From Geosiphon pyriformis uo1 (taxonomy: Eukaryota; Fungi; Glomeromycota): 64,000 nucleotides of DNA. Below, piece after piece: positions 11,048 to 22,200 of the stretch. The notes beneath the pieces are model-generated. The model saw only the letters and a program-made list of their open reading frames with translations, searched no databases and had not been told where the DNA came from. The position numbers and the translations under genes were made by a program. The stretch covers positions 281,917 through 345,916 of the forward strand of contig JAAOMT010000094.1 in the NCBI GenBank assembly GCA_016748015.1, written 5' to 3'. Every line of letters starts with the position of its first letter. The first letter of the stretch is position 1.

Positions 11048-14000
11048 TTAAGTGTTCAAGTTTGGTTGTTGTTCTATTATAATTATTGGTTTTAAATTTT
11101 GGGGAATATTTTCAGAATTAACTAAAGGGGAATGTATACCAATTTGTGGAATTAATGATTCAGGATTGTTTCTGAAATAATAATGTTTCAATCAATTTCT
11201 ATGTACAACTTTTGCTAGTACTTTGTCATCAAGTCTTAATTTGTATGATCTATTGCCTAGAATTTCGTGAATATAAAATGGTCCATCCTATTTGTTTTAA
11301 AATTTTTTACTCCATTGTTTTTCAGTCTTAGTTCTGTGTAAGAGAACTTTATTTCTAACTTTAAATTTGTTGACAGTTGATGGTAATTTGTTGTTATGTC
11401 TTTCTTTTTGCTAAGCTTAGGAGTGTTCAATATAAGTTGCTGCTATACATTTTTTTTCTTTCAGAGTACTAAAAAGAGTGTAGGCCTTTCTTTTGAGTGT
11501 TTCTTGAAAGTTTTATTTATTAATTAGTTGTACTGGATATGTTTTCACTGTGAAATTAATTGGTAATATTGCTGTCCTTCCATAAGTCAGATCAGATGGT
11601 ATGTGTTTTGTAGTATCTTGTTTTAGTATTCTGTATACTAGTAACACTGATGGAATAAAGATATTTTATTCTTGCTCAAAATCAATTGAGACTTTGGCTA
11701 ATAATTTACACAATGTTCTGTTGAAACATTTTACAAATCTATTTGTTTGAAAGTAATAAGATAATGATAGAAGTCTTTTGACATTAAACCATTCACAAAT
11801 TTCTTGTATCAGGTTGTTTACAAAATGTGTTCCTTGATCAGATAAAAGTTCAATTGGGCATCCATGTCTGCAAATAATGTCTTCATAGATGAAATTTGCT
11901 ACTGATTTTGCATCTGCTCTTTGAATGGCTCTAACTTTAGACTATTTGGTGAGATAATATACTGCAACTGCAATATAACAATTTCTTTGGATTGTAATAG
12001 GTAATGGCCTGACTAAATTAATTCCAACTTTGTCAAAAGGTTGTCCAACTTTGATTGGGTTTAAAGGTTCTGTGGGACAAATTTCTCTTCTTTTTTGACA
12101 ACTATCACAGGATTCTACATATTGTCAAATGTTTTTTTGCATGTGAAGCCAAAAGTAATGTTCAAGAGTTCTTTAAATTGTTCTATCTCTTTCCAGATGT
12201 GCTGAAGATGGGTTTGTATGCATGTTATATAGAATTGTTTTTTTTCATGCTCTTGTATTAATCTGAGTAATTGGTTTGGGTTTTTGCGATTTTTATAATA
12301 AATTTTGTTGTGGTGTATAAAATATTGTTTTGATTGGTGTTGTAAACAATGTTTTTTACTTGGAGACCAATTTTTTGACATGATAAGAGTTTCCAAATAA
12401 TTTTTGATGTTATTGTAATTTCTGAAACCCATTGTTGTTTGGTTTTGTTGGTAGGTTGATATGTTGTGGTGGTGTTGCTGCTGGTATTAATCTTGTTTCA
12501 TCCTTGAAAGACTATCAATATTAGTGTGTAGTTTTCTTGGTTTGTAATGTACAATATACTTGTAGTCTGCTAAGAAATCATTCTATTGAGACTGTTTAGC
12601 ACTTTGTTCTGTTTTTTTTTATTGAGCCATTTGAGGCCAATATTGTTAGTTATAATATCAAATTTTTTTCCATTCTTTAAGTATTGTTAAAAATGTTTAA
12701 GAGCCCAAATAACTGCAGCAGCTTCCAATTCAGTTGATTCATATTTGAGTTTTGTTGGTTTGAGTATTCTACTGGTATAAACAATGACTTATTCCTGGTT
12801 ATTTTCATCCAATTGTAATAGAATAGCACCAAATACTATGTGTAAAGCATCAGTGGTTAGTTGGAACTTTTTGTTGAAGTTTGGGTAAGCAAAAACTGGG
12901 GCTGTTGTCAATTTTGTTTTGAGAGTTTCAAAAGCTTTTTGTTGTTTTTCAGTCCATTGATATGGTACATTTTTGTTGATAAGATAATTGAGTGGTTTAG
13001 CAATTTCTGAAAATTTTTTGATGAATTTTCAATAGTAGAAGGCTAATCCTACAAATCCTTATAGCTCTGTGGTATTTTTAAGAGTTTGAAAGTTTTTAAC
13101 AGTATTGATTGTTCCAGAGTTTGGTTTGACTCCATCTTTGCTAACAATGTGTCCAAAAAAGATTAAGCTTGTTTTTTCAAAGTGACACTTTTTAATGTTT
13201 AATTTTAATCCTGCTTTTCATAATCATTGAAAAACTTCTCGCAGATAAATAAGATAAGCTTCAAAGCTTGGTGAGTATACATCAGTGCCATCAAGATAGA
13301 CAACTACTGATTGCCATAAAAGGCCTTTATATACAACATCCATAAGTCACTGAAATGTCGTTGGTGCATTGCAGAGTTTAAAAGGCATAATATTGAATTC
13401 ATAGTTCTCTCCTTGGGTGGTAAATGCTGTTTTAGGTCTATCTTTTGGATCCATTTCGACTTGTTAGTATCCACTTTTCAAGTCTAAAGTTGAAAAAAAC
13501 TTGGCTTTTCCTAGGGCATCTAACATGTCATCAATTCTTGAAAGAGGGTAGACATCTCCAATTGTAACACTATTCAATTGTTTATAATCAACACAGAATC
13601 TGATTTTTTCGTTTTTCTTTTTAACTAAAACTACTGATGAGGCCCATGGACTTCTTAATGGTTGAATCAATCTGTTATTGAGCATTCTTTGGACCTCTTC
13701 TTTAATAAATTGGTGGCTGGCAGGTGGTACTCAATAAGCTTATTGTCATTTTGGTAGAGCATCTCCTGTATGGATCTGGTGTTGGACAATATCAGTTTTT
13801 CTAAGATCATTGTTGTCTTTTGCAAATATATCAGCAAATTCAGCTATCAATTATTTCAATTGTCTTTGTTGTTAGAGTTTTAAGAGGACCATATTGATTT
13901 TAGAGAGTTTTTTTTCTAGAACATGATAGTTTTTAGTAGTCAAAATAATATTTGGATTTGGTAATAGGATATGTCTCACAATTTCGATGAAATTAGAAAC

Positions 14001-17000
14001 AATTTGAGAGGTTTTATCTTGAAAAATGTTGCTATGTATGATCCCAATTTCTAATTTATTTAATAAAACAATGGAATAGTTGTTGGGATTGTAGAAAGTA
14101 ACTCGAAATTTCTTTATTTCTTTTGGGATATAGATATTTGGAATTGAGATTTCATGTTTTAAACAGATTTGTTCATTGAATTCAAAGATTTGTTGAGTAG
14201 TAGTAGGTTTTAAGCAAGTGTAGATTTTGTGATGTTCTCTAAAAGGTGAAATGGTAATTGGTTGTGGAAGTTGAAAAATCTGGTAAGATTTACTTTGTGT
14301 ATTAAGAGCCATATTTACTGGAACTGTGAATTGTTCAGTTGAACCAAAATCTTGAGTTTCTTTTTCACTTTTTCTTAGTTGTTCTCTGTTGTTAACTGAT
14401 TGTAAACTTGAAATGTTGATTAAGAGTAAGTAAATTGCTTGAGCAATTTTCTCTGCATGCTCAATTTTAAATGGTTTTTCAGTTTCATTCTGTAGCATAA
14501 TAGTAATGTTTTCAGTGTATTCTGCATCTATGACTTCTCTTCTAATATTGATTCCTTTGCTTGCCAATGATGATCTGAATGCAATTTGAACTATTGCTCT
14601 AGGTGGAATTTCAAGAGTGATTTTGAGATTGATTTTTGTCAAAAACTTTAATTGAAGAACCAAAGTATCTTTTTCTAGATATTTTAAATCATATCCAGTA
14701 TTAATTTTGTGTGCTTTTTCTGGTCTGATTCTTTGGCCATGGTTGTCAAAATATTTAAGTTATAGGGGTGGTTGATTTTTAAGAAGATAGATATGAATAG
14801 TTGATAGTTCTTTTACCCATTCAGATACTCCAAATTCGATTTCATTTTTATCATTTTCATCTGGCAGGGGAATGCTAAGAGCATAGTATTCTAAACACCA
14901 TTGGTCATCACAAGGCATAACACATTCTTTACATAATTAAATATTCATTTGCTCTAATCATTGAATTTAAGCTTCTTTGGTTGAGTACATATAACTTGTA
15001 ATTTGGTGGTAGGTTTCTACTTTATCTTCATAATCAAATTCAGCTAACTCTATAGTATACTCAATGTATTCAGCTTCTTTTATTTGGTGGACATCTTCTT
15101 GAGTAGCTCTATTGATTAATGCCATTGTTAAGTTAAAAATCATTTTAGCATCATGAGGATAATAGTACAGTTTATTAAGAGCACTATTATATGCTGCATT
15201 GAATGAGGTTCTTCTTCTCACTTTTTCTGAAATTGATAAGACATATTGAGAGATTTGATCACATACTCCTCTTTTTATTGCAACATCAATCCAGTTGTAT
15301 TCTTTTGGTAGCATATCTCCAAATGTAAGACAAGATGTGTTGTCCTATTTTCCATTTTTTTTTGGGGATTCAAATCGTTCTCTATGGCATGCTTTGCAGA
15401 AGTAACAGGTATGAGTTTCATATTTTTTTTTTGGGGAAATACAGGCTTCTATAGATGAAAGCTTCTTCTTGTAGTTTTTGCATTTTAGTGGAATATATAG
15501 TGGTTTTTTTATGGTTCTGGTGTAAAATATCTAACTTTCTTCCATTTTTTTGATTTTTTAAAAATCTCTTGTTTTGTTTCCTCAGCCTAATTAGATGTTG
15601 ATCCAAGAGCCATGTAGGTTTCAGTAAATGGCATTTCTTTCTTCTCCTCAAAATCGAATACTAGGGCTTTTTCTGAACATTTGTTAAAAGTACCACAAGT
15701 AATAGGTACTATGGTGTATTGTTCTTAGTATTGGGATGCATTCATGATTAGAACTTTGACTGGAATAATGATTTTATCAATGGTAAATAAGAAGTTGTCA
15801 ATTTTTCTTATTGGAGTTTTTTTTATGCCATTAGCTGTAACAATTACAGTTTGGACTGGTCTGTCAACAGTTCTTTGAAGCTGTTGCATTAATTGGTAGA
15901 TAATAATACTTCTAGCTAATCTACTGTCTAGAATTAATTGGATGGGTTTTCTTTTTACTATAGCTTTAGTGCATATAGCAGTGATAGCTTTTTGTTCATT
16001 TACTGTTGTATTACTAAGCAAGAATAGTGATTCATTTGTCTCAAATTCGAATAAAAATATATCTGATAGATTGGCATTTTGGGCAATTTGAGCTGGTAGA
16101 ATTGTATTGTTGGAAGAGTTTGATCTTAGTGCTGTAGCTTTACCTTCAGAAAGTGCAGTTTGTTGAAAATCTGATTCTTCTTGCATTGTTAAATAATTGG
16201 GTTGAGTGTAAAACTGAGTGAGTTTTTGTTAAACAGAATTTCGGAAAACTAGTTAATTATTGGAATTAGATCTGTTGTTGTTTGTTAAAAAACGATTTTA
16301 TGATGTAAATTGGTTTTGTTGAACCAATCTTCTGGTTGGTACTTAATATTGTTGAGTAAATTGTATCTGATATTGCTGAATTGGTAAAGATTGCTGATAT
16401 TGTTGCTGAATTGGTTGTGAAGCTAATTGATAGTAACTGTTTTGATTTTGTGGTCTTGGTGGGTAATAAGTTGGTAATAGGGATTGGTAGTAAGATTGTT
16501 GTAATGAAAAGTAACATTGATTACTCCTGTTTTGTTGGTCTCTTTGCAATTTCCTGCAATCTCATTTCCAGTGTCCTGAGATTTCACAATAATAACAATT
16601 TTGAGGTTAGTTGTTAGATGGTAATCCAAAGTTGTTTTAGTTGCATCATTGTGGTGATTGATATTTTTGTGGTTGTTGCTGCTGTTGTTGTTGGTTTGTA
16701 AAATAGTTTTCAATCTTCTTTGTGAGTTGGTCTATCTTTTTTTCAGCTGTTAAGCTGGTTTTTCTAATAGCAAGATTTACAAATTTTGTGTGGTTGGCTT
16801 CTTCTATAGCCATTTCATAATTCTTTGCATGTTGAATAGCAGTGACCAAATCTTTAGGTGAATGGGAATGCACTTTTTTTATGAGTTTGTTTTTTAATCC
16901 AGCAATAAATTGATCCAAAATTTGGGCATCAGAATAGTAGTCATTGGTTTCCAATTGGTGAATTCTTCTGAGAAGTTTGTTGAACTTCTTTAGGTAGGTC

Positions 17001-18028
17001 ATAATTGATTCACTTGGTTTTTGTTTAATATTGTGAAAGCAATTTTGGAGAGTAATAGATATGTTATTGTCAGTGAATTGTTATAAGAAAGCATCTTTAA
17101 ATGCTTGCCAATTTTCAAAGAGTGTATTCAAGTTTTTAAACCATTCTTCTGCTGTTCCTTGGAGAAAGTATAAAATTGCTTTGAGTATTTTTGCTGTATT
17201 CCATCCATTTGCATCTCCTGCTTTCTGGACTTTGTTAAGTCATTCTTGTGGACTAATATCATTATTTTCACCAGTAAATTCTGGAATCTTTGCAATATAA
17301 GCAGTTGTTATTTCTTCTTTGTTTTTAATAGTTTCTTCTTGTTTTGATTCAGTTTCTTCACTTTCTAAGCTTTCTGAATAATTATTTTCATTTTTCTGTA
17401 AGTAATCAAGAAGATTGGTGCTAGTTGATATTGGTTCTTGCTGTTGAGTAGAACTTTTTGGTGAAGTGAAATCTTCTGGTCTTGAAAATTGAATAAGAGG
17501 TGAATTTGGTGTCTGTGATTAAGCAAGTGAAATTGGAAATGGAGTGACTGAAAGTGGAAGTTTGGTGCTGGTTCCTGGTTCTGAAGTTTGCAAGTATTTG
17601 GCAGTTATCTTTGGTGTCTTTGGAGTGTTTGGAGTGGTACTTAAGTGTTGCTTCAGTTTTTGTTTATTTTTGTTATTTGTTTCTGTTTCTAATTCAAAGT
17701 CAATAGAATATTTAGACTGTACTGGGTAATTTTTTTTACAATACTGGATAATGTTAAAATTAAGTTCTTTGAAGTAGGTGGCAAGTGTTTTACTGTCAAG
17801 ATTTTCAGTTTTTAATCATGAATAGTGCACTAAATTATTGTAGAAGTGGCTTCTAACTTCTGAAATGTTGTAATTTCCAAGAAGATAATTGCTGATGCAG
17901 TTTTCAATATACAGATAAAGTGTTCTTTTAACAATTTTAATTCCGTTTGGGATGTTGAATCTCTGCTTGCAATGGGTATAAATTGACTAATAATACTTTA
18001 GAGTTATTGTGTCTGGTGTGATTATCAC
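11048..18028 (-). pseudogene. Element C gag-pol
   Basis: YIAKIPEFTG capsid start, LILDS protease, Cys-rich module, dUTPase, RT (IRFCVDY, LDLKSGY), RNase H and integrase remnants. Confidence 0.92.
14335..14730 (-). pseudogene. dUTPase domain in C pol
   Basis: Motifs I TGYDL, II RSSLASKG, III VIDAEY, IV EKIAQ, V QDFGST. Confidence 0.9.
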
Positions 18029-18053
18029 TTTAAAGTTGTTTTTGTTGTGTTGT

Positions 18054-18071
18054 TTCTGTAGAAGAGCACCA
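18054..18071 (-). promoter_or_regulatory. PBS of C, TGGTGCTCTTCTACAGAA
   Basis: 2 nt from the 5' LTR; same type as the D PBS. Confidence 0.85.
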
Positions 18072-18073
18072 AA

Positions 18074-18288
18074 TGTTACTGGAGGTTTTTGGTCTCTTTT
18101 TTTAAATGTTGTTAATGTTTGTTTTACTGTAAATTCACGTTCTCAGGAAGTAGTTGAACCTCCAATAACTGAATTTATCTTCAAATTATCTTCTATAATT
18201 TGAACTGCTGGACTTATAAGTGAAATAGCCAATTCTGTGCCAGTTACTTTATGTAATTATATTATAGTAAATGTCAACTCTTTCTCAG
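18074..18288 (-). repeat. Element C 5' LTR, U5-end fragment (remainder 28571-29300)
   Basis: Matches 9242 onward; interrupted by E. Confidence 0.92.
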
Positions 18289-19151
18289 TGTTACTCATAG
18301 AATATAGGAAATATAGTATTATTAGTCAGTAGATATTAGCCAATCAGATGTAGATGTAATAAATGTGAAATTCTAAGATTTCTTTCAAAGGAATTGCAAG
18401 ATTCCAAGAATTTCAAGATTCCCTGATGAGAAATCGCAGAATTCCAGAATTCCAGGATTCTTCTCATCAGAAATTGCAGGATTCCAGAAATTCCAGAATT
18501 CCTGGTGCAAGGAATAGAGAAATTGAGGAATCTCAATTATGTATATATAGCAGTAGGATTAAAAGCTAAAAAAACAAACTTCTCAGTTTAGATTTAATCT
18601 AAACAACTCTCTAAATCACAATTATCTAATAAATAACTATTTGTTATCTCAAAAACTACGTCTACTATCAACTATTCATGTTGATAGTAATTGATACTTA
18701 ACCACATGGGAACAATAGCTCTTAATCATGGCTATTAATGGGATACTAAATTTGCAAATTGTTTTGGCTTATTGCTTTATATTTTGTTATTTTCTTTATT
18801 TTCTTTGATTTTGTTATTGTACACTAACCAATTGATTAAAAGTGCTGATTACTGATGTCAAAGATTGCCTGGTAAAAGACTCCTGCAAGTGGGTAGGACA
18901 CATACAGAAGATATGGATTACTTACTAGAGGATTGCCAGCCACCAAGCCAAGAAAAGAATTGACAGACTTGTGAATCTGGGAAGCTACAGATAAAACAAC
19001 TATTGAATCTCTGTCCATTATACAAAGGACTCATTTGGAAAACCTTTAGATACCAATCACTTAAAAATATTATCAACAACACAAGTAGCTTTTGAGCACC
19101 AAGTTATGAATTTGTTATTTGACCTGAGACCCCAAATAATCAACTGTAACA
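18289..19151 (+). repeat. Element E 5' LTR (863 bp)
   Basis: TGTTAC...GTAACA; GAATTCCAG-type array ~18367-18535; TATATATAG ~18543; followed by the PBS. Confidence 0.95.
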
Positions 19152-19153
19152 TT

Positions 19154-19171
19154 TGGTGCTCCCTGTGAGGT
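19154..19171 (+). promoter_or_regulatory. PBS of E, TGGTGCTCCCTGTGAGGT
   Basis: 2 nt after the LTR end. Confidence 0.92.
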
Positions 19172-19213
19172 ATAATCCTACAGAGAACCAGCACCAACAA
19201 ACACTATTCAAAA

Positions 19214-22200
19214 GTGGCAGAATCAAAAAATATAAGAGCAAACCATTTAGGATTTGCAAAATCTTTATTTCAATACTATTGTCAATACTTGAGATTAAAC
19301 CACAATCATATATCCACCAAATCAGCCTTTAATTTCTATGTCAACAAAAAGATTTTCTCTTTGTTAGGAACACCAGTGAATACTGAATCAGCAAGGGAAA
19401 CTTTCTACAGAGAATTAATTCAAAACACCAACTTACTAATAAATCATAATTTCACATTCATTATTACTGAGATCAACAAAGAAATTGAACATCACATCCA
19501 ACAAAGATATCCAATTACATATGCTAATAAAGACAAAGGAAAACTACAAACACCAGCAGTAACTCCTAGAAAGATACAACTACCTACTTGGAAGAAGACA
19601 AGAGTTGAATCACCAACCAATCTATTTTATTACTATACACTCAGAAGCACCATCAACATTTTATTAACAAGCATGTCCACATCAAATGCAACTTCAGTAT
19701 TTGGATGATTCTCATTCTAAAGTAAACAAAAGAAAACAGAATTATTAGGACCATATGGCAAATACTTTGAAGGATTTAAATTACAATCACCAATGCCATC
19801 AGGAATTCGATCACCGCCGCCTCAATCAGACTTTGGAACCACTACCCCATGAGAACTATCTGAAGAAGAAGAGGAAAAAGAGTTGGAAGATCAAGAATTT
19901 ACTTACCAGAACCCGATCACTGAAAACTCGGAAGTCAAAACACCAAATTTTCAAACCCAGCAAAATTTAAAGTTAGAAAACCCAGAAATCAAAACTCCGA
20001 ATATTTAACCACCACCAAATCAGAACAATCAGAACCCCAATCTAATTAATCAACCAGACTTACCTCCTGTTATCGTCATTAACCCACCACTAGTTGAACC
20101 GATTAGCCAGCCACCACAACAACCACACCAGCAGATTTAACAGCCACTAGTATCACTTCAACAACCACCGCAACCCAACTTAGATTCAATGGCATACACA
20201 CCAATAGCCAAACTCGAGAAATTCACTGGCAAAGAGGACAATGCTTAAGCCTGGATCAATGATGTCACCAAAGCAATTACCACCAATAACTGGGATGATG
20301 CCAGAACCATACAAGTCATCCCCTATTTTTTTAAAAACATGGCAGACTCTTGGTATCACAGTCTAGCCCAGAAATCTCAAAACTTTAATGCCTTTAAGTT
20401 AGAATTTTTGAGGTATTTTAGTAATAACAACAGCATCAACCGCTTGGCAAGTACTTTCACCACCATCAAACAAGGAGACACAGAAGCAGTCATCACTTAC
20501 TTGAGATGCTTCCATAGAAATCTGCACCAAATTCAGGCAATCCAAGCTGAATACTTTACAGTACCACAGATCTTGAACCAATTTATCTGAGGATTGTGCA
20601 GTAGTATCCTCCAGCAAGTACGTTCAATACATCCAGTTGATCTCCCAACTGCCGTGACTCATGCCAGAGATTTTGAAACTGCTTAGTTAGAAGCTAACCA
20701 TGCCCAAGCTGTGAATTTAGTAATAAATAGATCATCTGACCTGGATTCCAAGCTAAAACAATTTAGTGACAACATCAATTAGAAACTAAAGGGCTACTTA
20801 GCTAACAATCATGCAATTTATCAGCCATCCCAATGACATAATGATTTAAGAAACATGAATCGTTTCCAGAATCAATCACATCCAGGATCATCCACTAATT
20901 AGTCACGACAGCCAGAAATGTGTGTCTGCTACAACTGTGATAAACAAGGGCATATTAGGACAAACTGCCATACTTATAGCAACTCACGATCAGAAAATCA
21001 TTATTGAAACCCTGATTGCCAGTTTTAGACTCCGAATTACCAATCCAATCAAAAGCAATATCAAAATGCTTACCTGCCTATAATGCAGCAACCAATTTAT
21101 TAGTCAACAATATATCAACCACCAATTTATCAGCTGCAGCCATCAACAATTTATTAATTGCAGCCACAAGTTATTTATTAGCCACAGCCTCAAGTAATTT
21201 ATCAACTCCAACAAGTTCAAATGCCGCACCAAAACTCAGTTACAATAACATCAGAAAATCCAAGATCCAGAATTACCCAAAACTGGAGATCAGCAATAGT
21301 TGTTAATCAACTGATCCCCAGTTCATTAGGCCAACAATCAGAATCTCGTCAGCAGGATTTGGGTATCAGTTCCATCCAAAACCCAAATTCCCAGAACTAT
21401 TTAAGTCTCTTGGTTATCCCAGAAGATGTTACCTCTAACAATCCAGAACTCAATCAACAACCAACAATACTTACCAACAACATCCCACCAGTAATCATCA
21501 CCAATGACAAGTCTTTAACAGCCATCTTTCCATTTGAACTCGAGGAAGTTATGTCAGTTCTCTTATTTAGTAAAGCAGCTCTAGAAGAAAAACCCATTAC
21601 TGTTATGTACACTAATGCGAAAGTTGATGGCCATTCCATCAAGTTAATTCTTGACAGTGATTCAGCAGACAGCATCATCACACAACAACTCATGGATCAA
21701 TTAGGTCACTGAGTTGATCAAGCTGTCAGCACTAGAATCATCACTGCCGATGGCACCACAAAAACGCCTATTGGTGAAATTGATGACTTCCCAATTAAAG
21801 TTAATGGTATCATTACTTCTATCAAAGTCTTGGTGATGGAAGTGACCCAATACCAAGCACTAATGGGCAATGATTAGTTGTCTAAAAACAATGCTATCCT
21901 TGATTGGACCACACAGGAGCTCCAGCTCAGCCAAAATAGCCAACACACGCGAGTATTGGCAACATGTGGCCATTTCAAACCTAACAATGTCATGACATCA
22001 GCACTGCTTATTGATCTCGGGAAAGAAAAACTAAAGCCTACTTAGGAGGTGTACCAAGTATCATGGGCCAATGTCAACCACAATGAACTGCCACCAATAC
22101 TTGCCTGGGACAACAATAACAATAGAAAGGAGGAACAAGGAAAAAAACCTACCTGTGGAACCACTATCAACACTTGGACTGACAACAAAGACCACCATGA

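Noticed and set aside
18336-18536. ORFs over LTR arrays (18336-18536, 27751-28006, 36428-36622, 45312-45563)
   Set aside because: Translations of tandem repeats with no coding signature.
18836-19018. 60-64-aa antisense ORF repeated in three E-family LTRs (also 28251-28433 and 56968-57162)
   Set aside because: It repeats because the LTR repeats, has few codons that can mutate to stops by transition, and is frameshifted in the homologous B LTR.
21016-21440. Overlapping ORFs 21016-21306 and 21221-21712 (also B 56035-56454 and 55824-56210) suggesting a +1 gag-pol frameshift
   Set aside because: Capsid, knuckle, Q/P/Y linker and protease are all in one frame. The S/T/N-rich ORF is a shadow frame of the CAA/CCA-rich linker.
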